Shown here: piece by piece, positions 47,721 to 57,088 of the stretch
Position numbering within the stretch: the stretch's first letter is position 1
Layout of the letters: every line of letters starts with the position of its first letter
From: an uncultured Planctomycetales bacterium
Lineage (GTDB): Bacteria > Omnitrophota > Gorgyraeia > Gygaellales > Profunditerraquicolaceae
Direction: 5' to 3'
Length of the DNA stretch: 64,000 nucleotides
Assembly (NCBI GenBank): GCA_964545575.1
Contig: CAZJFL010000008.1
Span: forward strand, 18,171-82,170
Notes under the pieces: model-generated
The model's database searches: none
The model's input: only the letters and a program-made list of their open reading frames with translations
What the model was told of the DNA's origin: nothing
Made by a program: the position numbers and the translations under genes

Positions 47721-49270
47721 GTTCCTTAGGGATATATTTCGGTTCCAAGGTCATCAGCCTGGTGGAAAACAAGGGCAGGAAGGTCCTGAGTACCGCTCAG
47801 ATTAACCGCCTGCCGCATTCACTCGGTGAGCTGGGAGAGAAAGTCCCGGAGGAATTAAAAATCGTAGCTATTTTGAAAGAGGAATTCAGAAGAAATCAAA
47901 TCAAGGCAGAGGAGGCCAATATTGCCCTTTCCGGCAAGGACCTGATTATCCGCAACTTTGAGATGCCGGTTCTGCCGCGCGAAGAATTAGAAGGTGCGAT
48001 TAATTTTGAAGTCAAAAAATACATTCCCTTTAAAGTAGAGGACCTGGTTTCGGTTTCCCAGGTGAAGTTTGACCGCTCCAGCCGCCGGAATCTCGTGCTC
48101 TTTGCCGGAATAAAGAAGGAGACGCTGGATAAATATCTTTCCGTGTTCAAGCAGCTGGATATTAAGCCCAATATCATCGAATATGCCGCCTTCAGTATCT
48201 TAAGGTTTCTGCAATTAACCGGCCTGCGTTATAAAGGTATTGTTTGCGTTATCAATACAGACCTTCAGGAAGAGAAAGAAGTTAATTTTCTGGTCTTAGA
48301 GAACGGTTTCCCCTTGTTTTCCCGCGATATCACGCTCTTGGGCGGGCCGGAAGAGTTAATGGCCGCCCAGGAACCGGAGGCAGGGGCGATTCTAGAAAAG
48401 TTAAAGACTGAGCTACGCGTGTCCATGGATTATTATAACCGTAAGTTCCCCCTGAAGAAGATCGAAACGGCGGTTTTCTTATGCCCTTCTGATGCCCAAG
48501 CGGAACTGGAGACATTAGCCAGGGAATTAGGCATCGCTGTCCAATTTATAGAGGCAAGCAGCTATATCGAAAAACAGCCTTCTTTTAGCCCCAGTTTCAT
48601 TAAGGCCTATGGCTGTTCTTTGTCCGCAGTGGTCAGGAGCGAACCAAAACTGAATCTGCTGGCGGTAAAGGCTAAAATCAGGCCGGCAAGAGAAGGGGGC
48701 GTAGCCCGCGAGGCGCCGTCTTTGTTAAGCGGCCTTAAAATCTCTCCCTGGGCAGCAATGCTCGGGTTATCCCTTTGCCTTCTGGTTTTTTTGTTCGTTT
48801 TTATTTATAAGATACGCCCTTTGCAGCAAGAGGTAAAAAACATTATCGCGCTGCGCCCGGCTGTTTCCACGGTTAACCCGGAGGCAGGCTACGAAGAATT
48901 AGTCAAAGCTGAGTCTAGCTATAATAATAAGATAAAAAATGTAGACGGCCTGCTTAAGAAAGAGATATACGCTACAGAGATACTGGATGCGTTACCCCGG
49001 ATTATCCCGCAAGGGGCCTGGCTCACTACCCTGGCGCTACGGGGTAAAGAGAATAACCGGGAATTGTTATTGGAGGGAATGAGCTATTTAGCCGATAATA
49101 CCAAGGAGTTAGAATCAGTAAATAGTTTTTTGCTGGCCTTAAAGGCAAGCCCGGTATTTAACCGGTATTTTAAAGAGATCGCTCTTGTTTCTGCCGATAC
49201 CAAAACCGTAGACCAGAAGAAGATGACCGGTTTCGTCATCTCCTGCAGGGTCTCTAAAGGAAAAAGATAG
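47717..49270 (+). CDS. pilM: Fused PilM-PilN
   Basis: PilM-like GIYFG..IIR.F.MP..AI.FE..YIPF; TM at aa ~345-365; PilN-like IPQGAWLT.L..LEG..SPVF. Confidence 0.75.
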   Translation: MSSLGIYFGSKVISLVENKGRKVLSTAQINRLPHSLGELGEKVPEELKIVAILKEEFRRNQIKAEEANIALSGKDLIIRNFEMPVLPREELEGAINFEVKKYIPFKVEDLVSVSQVKFDRSSRRNLVLFAGIKKETLDKYLSVFKQLDIKPNIIEYAAFSILRFLQLTGLRYKGIVCVINTDLQEEKEVNFLVLENGFPLFSRDITLLGGPEELMAAQEPEAGAILEKLKTELRVSMDYYNRKFPLKKIETAVFLCPSDAQAELETLARELGIAVQFIEASSYIEKQPSFSPSFIKAYGCSLSAVVRSEPKLNLLAVKAKIRPAREGGVAREAPSLLSGLKISPWAAMLGLSLCLLVFLFVFIYKIRPLQQEVKNIIALRPAVSTVNPEAGYEELVKAESSYNNKIKNVDGLLKKEIYATEILDALPRIIPQGAWLTTLALRGKENNRELLLEGMSYLADNTKELESVNSFLLALKASPVFNRYFKEIALVSADTKTVDQKKMTGFVISCRVSKGKR

Positions 49271-49273
49271 GCG

Positions 49274-49807
49274 ATGAACCTGAATATCAAAATAGAAAGC
49301 CTCAATAAATATAAGAATCGGATTTTAAATAGTGCAATCATTATAATTGCGCTGATTATAGCCGGCAATATCTATAAAAATCAGAGTCTTAAGGCAGGCC
49401 AGCTTCTAGAAAAGAAAGAAATGGAAACAAAAAAGAACGCGGTGCTGGGCAATATCAGCCGCCTGGAGAAGAAATTCAGCGCTTATAAAAAATTCGTGAA
49501 TAAAAAAGATATTTCTGCGGTGATAAATACCATTAACAATATCGCCCGGGAATCCGGGGTCAAGATCAATTCGATCAAACCCCAGCCGGAGCTCGAAGAG
49601 GCCGATTATATTAAATATCCTTTTCTTTTAGCGGTTAACGCCAAAGATTACCATAGTTTGGGCGGGTTTATCAGCAAGTTGGAAAGTTCGCCCGACATTT
49701 ATGCGGTGGAGAATATCAATATCAGGCTTATTACTGAGCAGCAGAAAATAAAAGATATCGATGAAATTGCGGTGGATTTGGCCGTAAGCACTTGTTTACT
49801 AAAATGA
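49274..49807 (+). CDS. pilO: PilO-like protein
   Basis: TM plus coiled coil; IARESGVKI.SIKP, YHSLGGFISKLE. Confidence 0.8.
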   Translation: MNLNIKIESLNKYKNRILNSAIIIIALIIAGNIYKNQSLKAGQLLEKKEMETKKNAVLGNISRLEKKFSAYKKFVNKKDISAVINTINNIARESGVKINSIKPQPELEEADYIKYPFLLAVNAKDYHSLGGFISKLESSPDIYAVENINIRLITEQQKIKDIDEIAVDLAVSTCLLK

Positions 49808-50259
49808 AGAACCCGCTAAATATATCCGGAAAGCATAAAATCGCCGCGCTGCTCTTAATAGTAGCGGTATCATGCGGCGCTTTAATTGCTGCGGGTAATC
49901 CTCTGCAGCCGGCAGAAGAGGTGGTGAGTGTGCCGACAGTAGAATATAAGGCAGGGATGTTACGAGATCCTTTTCAGGGATACAAAGAAGAAAAAGAAAC
50001 CGCTCAGGCAGCGTCGGAAGCTATGGTTAAACCATTGCCTGCGTTGACTGTCCAAGGCATAGTCTGGGGCGGGAGTATACCTCAGGCGATCATCAATAAT
50101 AAGGTATTAAAAGAAGGGGATCTGATAGGCGAAGTCAAGATTACCAAGATTAATAAAGAGGGGATCGAGGTCTTTTATACCGGCAGGCCGTATCTGATTT
50201 CTTCGCCTGCAAATAACGCTATCAGCAGTTTATCGCTGTTAAAGAAAACCAGCCAATAA
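49804..50259 (+). CDS. PilP/GspC-like protein
   Basis: RDPF, VQGIVWG..AIINN..EGD.I. Confidence 0.65.
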   Translation: MKNPLNISGKHKIAALLLIVAVSCGALIAAGNPLQPAEEVVSVPTVEYKAGMLRDPFQGYKEEKETAQAASEAMVKPLPALTVQGIVWGGSIPQAIINNKVLKEGDLIGEVKITKINKEGIEVFYTGRPYLISSPANNAISSLSLLKKTSQ

Positions 50260-50317
50260 ATAACACCCGGCCATATCGGATTGGCCGGTGCGCCCTTTCT
50301 GGGCAGGGAGGTAAAAG

Positions 50318-51853
50318 ATGAAAAAGATTTTTAGGATAGCGATGATCAGCGTTTTCTTTCTCACCTGCGGCATAGGCAGTTCTCCTGCGGTGCAGGAACT
50401 ATTTGCCCCCGGTCCGGGAGTGGCTATCTCCATGGATTTTAAAGACGCCAGCCTCAAAGACATCTTGAAGATACTCTCCATACAGTCGGGGATGAACTTC
50501 ATTGCCTCGGAGGCAGTCCAGGACAGGCTGGTGACCCTGTATATGGATAAGGTGCCGTTAGAGGAGGCGATGAACCAGATCTTTAGCGCCAATAACCTGA
50601 CTTATGTCTTAAACAAAGAAGGCAGTATATTTCTGGTCAAAGACTGGGGCAAGCCGATGGTGGAGACCGTGACAAAAGTTTTTTACCTGAAGCACGCCAC
50701 GGTTTCTTCTTCTTCCTTAAAAGAGGAGATGAAGAATAATATTTCTTCCACTAGCACTACCACTACAACTACCTCTACTTCTAGCACAGGCGGAAAGTGG
50801 ACGACAGATGACGATGCCGGTATCACTAAGGCAGTGAGGAAGCTGCTTACTCCCCTGGGTAGCTTAATCGAAGATTTCCGCACCAATAGCCTTATCGTTA
50901 CTGATATTCCCAGTCGGATGCCGGTTATAGCGCAGGTTATCACCGCTTTGGATGTGTCTGTACCGCAGGTAATGCTGGAAGTAGAAATACTCGATGTCAG
51001 CAAAAATGCGGTAGACGAGATAGGGTTTAAGTTTGGTCAAACTCCTTTTAGCGTGGCCTTGACCGGCGGTACGGTAGGCGTAGGATTTCCTTTTAAGAGC
51101 TGGAGTAAGATGTTTTCCGCAAATCCCGCAGCAGGTACGCTGGGTACATTAGATATCAATAGCGGTAACAACACCAGTTTATACACCATGGCTTTAGATT
51201 TCTTAAGGACCCAAACCGATACCAAATATTTAGCCCGTCCGCGGATTTTGACTTTGAATAACGAGACAGCTGAGATAAAGATTACCACTAATGAAACTAT
51301 AGGTGTAATTACCACTACTACGGGTACGACACCGTCAGTGGTTACTTATTCCCCTGAGAGGGCTGAGACCGGTGTCAGCTTACGGGTTACGCCGCAGATT
51401 GATTCGGAAACCGGAGAAATCACCATGTTTGTGATGCCGACGGTGAAAGATTCAAATACCAGCACTATCCCTATTGCTTCCGGCAGCACCACCAAATTTA
51501 AAGATCCTGAGGAACGCTCTACCAAGTCTACGGTGCGCGTCAAAGACGGAGAGACGGTGATTATGGGCGGTTTACTCCGTAACCAGCGTACAGACGTAAT
51601 TACAAAACTTCCATTTTTAGGGGATATCCCACTCTTAGGCGTTTTGTTCAGGCACCGGGAGACTTCTCCTAATAAGGAGCGCGAGTTATTAGTTTTTATT
51701 ACTCCGCATATCGTCAAAGATACAAATAAGGCGGCGCTTGTCCAGGCCAAGACCACTCTTTTGGCGCAGCGGGAGCAGGATGTAGTTTCCGCAGGTGACC
51801 GGGAAGCAGTTATCGCCAGCAACCTGGATAAGTTTGAGAGAAAGAACAGGTAA
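50318..51853 (+). CDS. pilQ: Secretin (PilQ/GspD family)
   Basis: SMDFKDA.L, D.RTNSLIV, PQVMLEVEI, GVSLRVTP, LPFLGDIPLLG.LF, ELLVFITPHI. Confidence 0.9.
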   Translation: MKKIFRIAMISVFFLTCGIGSSPAVQELFAPGPGVAISMDFKDASLKDILKILSIQSGMNFIASEAVQDRLVTLYMDKVPLEEAMNQIFSANNLTYVLNKEGSIFLVKDWGKPMVETVTKVFYLKHATVSSSSLKEEMKNNISSTSTTTTTTSTSSTGGKWTTDDDAGITKAVRKLLTPLGSLIEDFRTNSLIVTDIPSRMPVIAQVITALDVSVPQVMLEVEILDVSKNAVDEIGFKFGQTPFSVALTGGTVGVGFPFKSWSKMFSANPAAGTLGTLDINSGNNTSLYTMALDFLRTQTDTKYLARPRILTLNNETAEIKITTNETIGVITTTTGTTPSVVTYSPERAETGVSLRVTPQIDSETGEITMFVMPTVKDSNTSTIPIASGSTTKFKDPEERSTKSTVRVKDGETVIMGGLLRNQRTDVITKLPFLGDIPLLGVLFRHRETSPNKERELLVFITPHIVKDTNKAALVQAKTTLLAQREQDVVSAGDREAVIASNLDKFERKNR

Positions 51854-53574
51854 TGCCTAAAGACAAATACTTAAGATTAGGTGAGATTCTGGTTAATGAA
51901 GGCCTGATTAACGCCACTCAGCTGGAGAAGGCAATCGATATCCAGAAACGCGAGGGTGGCCGGTTAGGCGAGATTCTGGTTAAGTTGGGGATGGTCAAAG
52001 AGGACCGGATGGTGGCGGCATTAGGCAAGCAGTTGAATATCCCCTATTTTTCTCTGGGCACCGGGATGCTTAAGCCGGCGGCGGATCAGGAGCTGCAGCG
52101 GCTGATCCCGCGCGATTTTGCCATCAAGAGTTTCGTGCTTCCTTTGTCGCGCACGCTCAATTCCCTGACCGTAGCTATGGCCGACCCCTTAGACCTTATT
52201 CTCATCGATAACTTAAAGAAAGTTACCGGCTGCGAAGTCAATCCGGTGATTGCTACCCGCTCTGATATTTTGCGCGCGGTAGAAGGATTTTACGGGAAGC
52301 AGGCGATGCTTAAAGACGCGGTAGAGGCTTCTTATGATACCGCTGCTGCACTCACTGCTTTTGAGGAAGCAGAATCCGTTGAGGGAGAATTAAGCTTAGA
52401 CAGGCTGATTGCCCGGGCAGAAGAGGCCCCGGTAGTAAAACTGGTGGATTTGATTATCCGTCAGGCGATTGAAGAGCGGGTCTCGGATATCCATATCGAA
52501 CCTTTTAAAGACAAAATATCCCTGCGTTACCGTCTCGACGGCAAGCTTTACGAAGTGCCTCCGCCGGCTAAACACCTGCACCTGCCGATTATTTCCCGCA
52601 TTAAAATCTTAAGCAGGCTGGATATTGCCGAAAAACGCCTGCCGCAAGACGGTGCGTTTCTGGTAAAAATGGAAGACCGGCCGGTGGATATCCGCGTCTC
52701 TACCATACCCACCATCTACGGAGAGAAAATCGTTTTAAGGATACTGGACCGCTCTAACATCGTATTGGACCTTAATCAGCTCGGCTTCGACCCTAAGCAG
52801 CTGGAACAGATGCGCCGCGCGATCAATACGCCTTACGGCATGGTATTCCTGACCGGGCCCACCGGAAGCGGAAAGACCACTACCCTTTATGCCATACTAA
52901 ACGAAATAAAAAACCCCACCAAGAATATCATCACCATCGAAGACCCGGTAGAATATAAATTAGAAGGGATTAATCAGGTGCAGGTAAAGCCGGAAATCGG
53001 CCTTAGCTTTGCCGCTGCCCTGCGCAGTTTCTTAAGGCAGGACCCGGATATCATGCTGGTGGGCGAGGTGCGCGATTTAGAGACGGCGCAGATCTGTATC
53101 CGTTCGGCGCTTACCGGCCATCTGGTATTAAGCACATTACATACTAACGATGCGCCCTCAGCGATAAACCGGCTGATGGATATCGGTATCGAACCGTATT
53201 TAGTGGCTCCGTCGCTGGTGATGGTGGTGGCGCAGCGGCTACTACGCAAACTCTGCCCGGATTGTAAAGAAGCATATGAACCGCGGCCGGAGCAGTTAGG
53301 AGGCCTGAAACTTAAGGCAGAGCTGGTTTATAAACCCAAAGGCTGCCCTAAATGCAGCCAGGTCGGCTATCGCGGCAGGCTCTGCATTGCCGAGTGCATG
53401 GCTGCCAACGAAAAGATACGCGAATTAATCAATGAGAAGGCTTCATTTCAGAAAATAAGAGAAGTGGCCAGGGCCACGGGGATGCAGACGCTTTATGAGT
53501 CCGCGATTAAAAAAGTCGAAGAAGGGATAACCTCTTTAGAAGAAGCGCTTTCCGTTACTCTGGGGGCAGATTAA
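51853..53574 (+). CDS. pilB: PilB/GspE assembly ATPase with MshEN-type N-terminus
   Basis: RLGEILV x2, GPTGSGKTT, EDPVE, RQDPD, GHLVLSTLH, two CxxC. Confidence 0.92.
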   Translation: MPKDKYLRLGEILVNEGLINATQLEKAIDIQKREGGRLGEILVKLGMVKEDRMVAALGKQLNIPYFSLGTGMLKPAADQELQRLIPRDFAIKSFVLPLSRTLNSLTVAMADPLDLILIDNLKKVTGCEVNPVIATRSDILRAVEGFYGKQAMLKDAVEASYDTAAALTAFEEAESVEGELSLDRLIARAEEAPVVKLVDLIIRQAIEERVSDIHIEPFKDKISLRYRLDGKLYEVPPPAKHLHLPIISRIKILSRLDIAEKRLPQDGAFLVKMEDRPVDIRVSTIPTIYGEKIVLRILDRSNIVLDLNQLGFDPKQLEQMRRAINTPYGMVFLTGPTGSGKTTTLYAILNEIKNPTKNIITIEDPVEYKLEGINQVQVKPEIGLSFAAALRSFLRQDPDIMLVGEVRDLETAQICIRSALTGHLVLSTLHTNDAPSAINRLMDIGIEPYLVAPSLVMVVAQRLLRKLCPDCKEAYEPRPEQLGGLKLKAELVYKPKGCPKCSQVGYRGRLCIAECMAANEKIRELINEKASFQKIREVARATGMQTLYESAIKKVEEGITSLEEALSVTLGAD

Positions 53575-54821
53575 TGCCAAAATTTTTTTATTTAGCCAGG
53601 GACAACTCCGGCAAGAAAATCACCGGGCTTGAGGAAGCGATTAATCAAGAAGAGCTGGTGGTCCGGCTGCAGGCAAAAGACCTTTTTGTGGTGACCGTGG
53701 TTTCAGAATCTAAGGAAATCCCTCCTGCATTAAAGCAGGAAGTTTCTCTTGCCCGGCCCAAACATAGGCATTACCGCGTAAGCAGCGAAGACTTAACCCT
53801 TTTCTGCCGGCAGCTCTCCACCATGCTCGGGGCAGGGGTGACTATTTTGAAAAGCCTGGATATTATTTCCCAGCAGGTAGCCAGCCAGAAGTTATATAAA
53901 ATAATCCTGGATTTGCAAAAGCGCATGGAAGCCGGATTAAGCCTCCATGAAAGCATGAGCAAACACCCGGAGGTGTTTTCGGAATTATGGGTTAATTTGG
54001 TAGAGAGCGGCGAAGCCAGCGGGAACCTCGCGCTGATATTAAACCGCTTAGCCGGTTACCTGGAAAGGAACGCCGCTTTCCGCAGCAAGATTATCTCAGC
54101 GCTGATCTATCCGGTGATACTGATGGTTGCCGGGACAGGCGCGCTTTTATTCCTGACGATCAAGATCATTCCTACCTTTGCCGAGTTATTCGCCGGGTTT
54201 AATTTAAAATTGCCTGTGCTGACCCAGATACTGGTGGCAATCAGCGCTTTTATCCGCAAATATATCCTGATTATTATAGGCGTCGTCATCTGCGGCTTCT
54301 TTTTATTTAAAAATTACATCAGGACAAAGGCGGGCTTAAGGAAATACGAAAATTTTAAGTTCAGGCTGCCGGTATTCGGAGAGTTTTTCCGGGGAATCCT
54401 GGTAGAGAGATTTGCTTCCGGGATGTCCACGCTGGTAGAGAGCGGCGTGCCGATACTGTATTCATTAGAGATAAGCGAGCACAGCGTAGGCAGTATTGTG
54501 ATGGCCGATATTATCCGTAAAATCAAGGATGATATCCGCGACGGCAAATCCTTAAGCGAGCCTCTGGAGAAAAGCGGTTTTTTTGAGCCGATGGTGGTGC
54601 AGATGGTCGGTATCGGGGAAGAAATCGGGGAGCTTTCGCAGATGTTTAAGCGGATAGATACTTTTTACCAGGAATATGTGGAAACCTTTTTAGCCCGTTT
54701 TACTTCTTTGTTTGAGCCGATAATGCTCATTTTTATGGGGTTGGTGGTCGGGATGATGGTCATCGGGATGTTTTTGCCAATTTTTCAGATTGCGCAGGTG
54801 GGGACAGTGGGCGGCGGCTAA
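53574..54821 (+). CDS. pilC: PilC/GspF platform protein
   Basis: RQLSTML.AG, GEASGNL, ALIYP, GEE.GEL, EP. Confidence 0.92.
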   Translation: MPKFFYLARDNSGKKITGLEEAINQEELVVRLQAKDLFVVTVVSESKEIPPALKQEVSLARPKHRHYRVSSEDLTLFCRQLSTMLGAGVTILKSLDIISQQVASQKLYKIILDLQKRMEAGLSLHESMSKHPEVFSELWVNLVESGEASGNLALILNRLAGYLERNAAFRSKIISALIYPVILMVAGTGALLFLTIKIIPTFAELFAGFNLKLPVLTQILVAISAFIRKYILIIIGVVICGFFLFKNYIRTKAGLRKYENFKFRLPVFGEFFRGILVERFASGMSTLVESGVPILYSLEISEHSVGSIVMADIIRKIKDDIRDGKSLSEPLEKSGFFEPMVVQMVGIGEEIGELSQMFKRIDTFYQEYVETFLARFTSLFEPIMLIFMGLVVGMMVIGMFLPIFQIAQVGTVGGG

Positions 54822-54830
54822 CAATAACCC

Positions 54831-54859
54831 TTGACAGCAAAATAAAGGCTTTCTATAAT
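54831..54859 (+). promoter_or_regulatory. Consensus sigma70 promoter for the pilin gene
   Basis: TTGACA-17 nt-TATAAT. Confidence 0.8.
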
Positions 54860-54946
54860 AAAAGAACATCCGGAAGGGGGTGAGAAGGGGAAATAAAATT
54901 TCTTAAAAATAGCACGCAAGTTTTAGTTATATAAAAGGGAGGTAAC

Positions 54947-55435
54947 ATGAAAAAGAGTTTCAGGATCAGAAGTTTTACGTTGTTGGAATTAATTATCGTA
55001 ATCATCATCCTGGGGATCCTGGCGATCTTAGGCTTTACCCAGTATGGCAGGATGGTTGAGAGGTCGCGCGGCGCTGAAGCAAAGACAATCTTAGGGGATA
55101 TCCGTAAGTTAGCCTATGCTTATCGTATGGAAGAAGGCTCTTTAGGAGGTGGTCCAGGTGGACCTGGTGGAGGCATACAGAACAGTGATGTTAATCTTTG
55201 TACTGTTGCAGGCCAGACAGATTGTATTCCCTCTAAAGCAGCCGGATGCCTACCTTCACACTATTTCTCATATGATATTGGTAATCCGATTGATCCCACG
55301 GTTATCATAACCGCAACTCGTTGTGGCGCGGGAGGAAAAAATCCACCAGGTGGCGTAGCAGCAGGCAATACGCTTATTCTTACATCTAATTTAGTTACAG
55401 GACAGGATGGATGGACCGGAACCGGAGGGTATTAA
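54947..55435 (+). CDS. Type IV pilin (probable major pilin)
   Basis: RS|FTLLELIIVIIILGILA; strong promoter and GGGAGGT RBS; four Cys. Confidence 0.85.
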   Translation: MKKSFRIRSFTLLELIIVIIILGILAILGFTQYGRMVERSRGAEAKTILGDIRKLAYAYRMEEGSLGGGPGGPGGGIQNSDVNLCTVAGQTDCIPSKAAGCLPSHYFSYDIGNPIDPTVIITATRCGAGGKNPPGGVAAGNTLILTSNLVTGQDGWTGTGGY

Positions 55436-55838
55436 TATTTTTATTAAGCGAGGGTTCACCTTATTAGAGCTGCTCGTAGTATTGATCATCATCGGCGTGC
55501 TCTCTACCTTAGGCATTACGCATTACGGCGGGATAAGGGAACAGGCCTTGGATAAGGAAGCCATTGCTAACATCTTGTTGATTATGTCGGCGGAAAGAAT
55601 CTACCACATGGAGGATGATACTCATACTTGGTATTACTCTGATAACATTGGCGAGCTAAATAATAATTTGAGGCTCTCTCTACCTGCCGGTAATAACCGG
55701 AATTGGGACTATCATGCAAAGGTATCCCCTAATGGCGCTGATGTATGCATTGAAGCACAGCGTAACGGCGGAAACGGCAGATTCTGGAGTATGATCTTCG
55801 GCGACCCGCTCCCGCCTCCCGGCCCAGGAGGCTGCTAG
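55407..55838 (+). CDS. Type IV pilin-like protein (start uncertain)
   Basis: KRG|FTLLELLVVLIIIG. Confidence 0.8.
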   Translation: MDGPEPEGINIFIKRGFTLLELLVVLIIIGVLSTLGITHYGGIREQALDKEAIANILLIMSAERIYHMEDDTHTWYYSDNIGELNNNLRLSLPAGNNRNWDYHAKVSPNGADVCIEAQRNGGNGRFWSMIFGDPLPPPGPGGC

Positions 55839-55875
55839 GCCGGGAATTGCTGTAACACAAGTAAGTATTCAACTT

Positions 55876-55909
55876 GGGGACATTTCTTAAACCTTTTAAG
55901 AGTGTCCCC
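55876..55909. repeat. REP doublet (REPIN-like hairpin)
   Basis: GGGGACATTTCTTAA..TTAAGAGTGTCCCC, same family as the RAYT flanks. Confidence 0.7.
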
Positions 55910-55922
55910 AAATATTTCTCTT

Positions 55923-56285
55923 ATGCATAAAAAAGGGCTTACGCTGCTTGAAATCATCATTTCTATCATCATTCTCTCCGTAACCATGATCGGGCTGGCC
56001 AGTATCTTTATTTCTGGCAAAAGGTATATTCTGCATGCCCGCGCGCGCATGGGAGGCGGAGAGCTGGGAAAATATTTTCTTGACCCCCTGCAGGCAGATG
56101 TCAGAGAAGATACCTGGGATACTACCGGCAATAACCTTACCGTTCGGCCGTTGCCATACCCTCTCAGGCAGGAACGGGTCAATAATATTGATTATAATTA
56201 TACTTATACCGTTGCCCCCGCCCCGGGAGACGCTGGCCTGCGTAAAGTAGTAGCACAGATAGGTTGGGATGAAACTCACCCTTAA
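55923..56285 (+). CDS. PilV-like minor pilin
   Basis: KKG|LTLLEIIIS; C-terminal LRKV...I.W. Confidence 0.8.
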   Translation: MHKKGLTLLEIIISIIILSVTMIGLASIFISGKRYILHARARMGGGELGKYFLDPLQADVREDTWDTTGNNLTVRPLPYPLRQERVNNIDYNYTYTVAPAPGDAGLRKVVAQIGWDETHP

Positions 56286-56889
56286 AAAATCAGTTACCCT
56301 GCTGGAATTATTAATCGCCATTGTCCTGCTTTCTATCGTGACTATCGGCCTCTCCAGCATTGATTTATTCAGCCGCGGCCATGTCTTAAACTCACAGAGG
56401 CGCACTACCCTGCAGAACGAAGCTTCGCTTGCCTTGGAGCATATGACTAAACAGATTACCCGCGCCATCGGCAATACTCAGATAGATCCGGCAGTCATAC
56501 GCTATAATAATAATGACCGCGGAATCATGGTGAGGATAGACGATCATCCGTTACCCAGCGGTAACGGTCGTATAGACTCTGATGATTCCTGGGTTGCCTA
56601 CCGCCAGGAACCTCCTGCTATAACAGAAATCAGGTATTATACCAACGCAGGTAACGGACAAAACCCTAGGGGTAGTTTTGAGGTGATCGCTACCAATGTT
56701 GTAGTAAGAGATTCCTCCGGTTTTCCGGGTTTACGGTTCATCGGCAACTTTAATGCTAACCAGTTACAGGATAATTTTATTGAAGTATTGATCACCTGCC
56801 GCTGGCTGCCGGACCAGCCGGCATCGGTAGATAATCCCGAGGTTCAGTTGCATGCCCGCATCAAGATGCCCTCTGTTTCCACAAACTAG
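56269..56889 (+). CDS. PilW/GspJ-like minor pilin
   Basis: KKS|VTLLELLIAIVLL. Confidence 0.75.
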   Translation: MKLTLKKSVTLLELLIAIVLLSIVTIGLSSIDLFSRGHVLNSQRRTTLQNEASLALEHMTKQITRAIGNTQIDPAVIRYNNNDRGIMVRIDDHPLPSGNGRIDSDDSWVAYRQEPPAITEIRYYTNAGNGQNPRGSFEVIATNVVVRDSSGFPGLRFIGNFNANQLQDNFIEVLITCRWLPDQPASVDNPEVQLHARIKMPSVSTN

Positions 56890-56939
56890 GGACTGTCCCC
56901 GCCAAAGCTAATCCAAAGTCTAAATAAGGGGACTGTCCC
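56889..56939. repeat. Two GGGACTGTCCC REP-like palindromes
   Basis: Copies at 56889 and 56929. Confidence 0.6.
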
Positions 56940-57005
56940 TGAAAAATGAGGCTATATTTCTGATTTTTATTGTGTTATAATATTTATTTAATATTACGAA
57001 TCCAT

Positions 57006-57081
57006 GGGGCGGTAGTTCAGTTGGGAGAACGCTACATTCGCATTGTAGAGGTCGCGGGTTCAAATCCCGCTCGCTCCACCA
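57006..57081 (+). tRNA. tRNA-Ala (CGC)
   Basis: Cloverleaf; CTACA-TTCGCAT-TGTAG anticodon arm; GGTTCAAATCC; G3:U70; encoded CCA. Confidence 0.95.
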
Positions 57082-57088
57082 TTATCTT

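Noticed and set aside
47529-57081. Integrated element defined by the excisionase-like gene and tRNA-Ala
   Set aside because: No integrase, and no duplicate of the tRNA 3' end noticed in the window.
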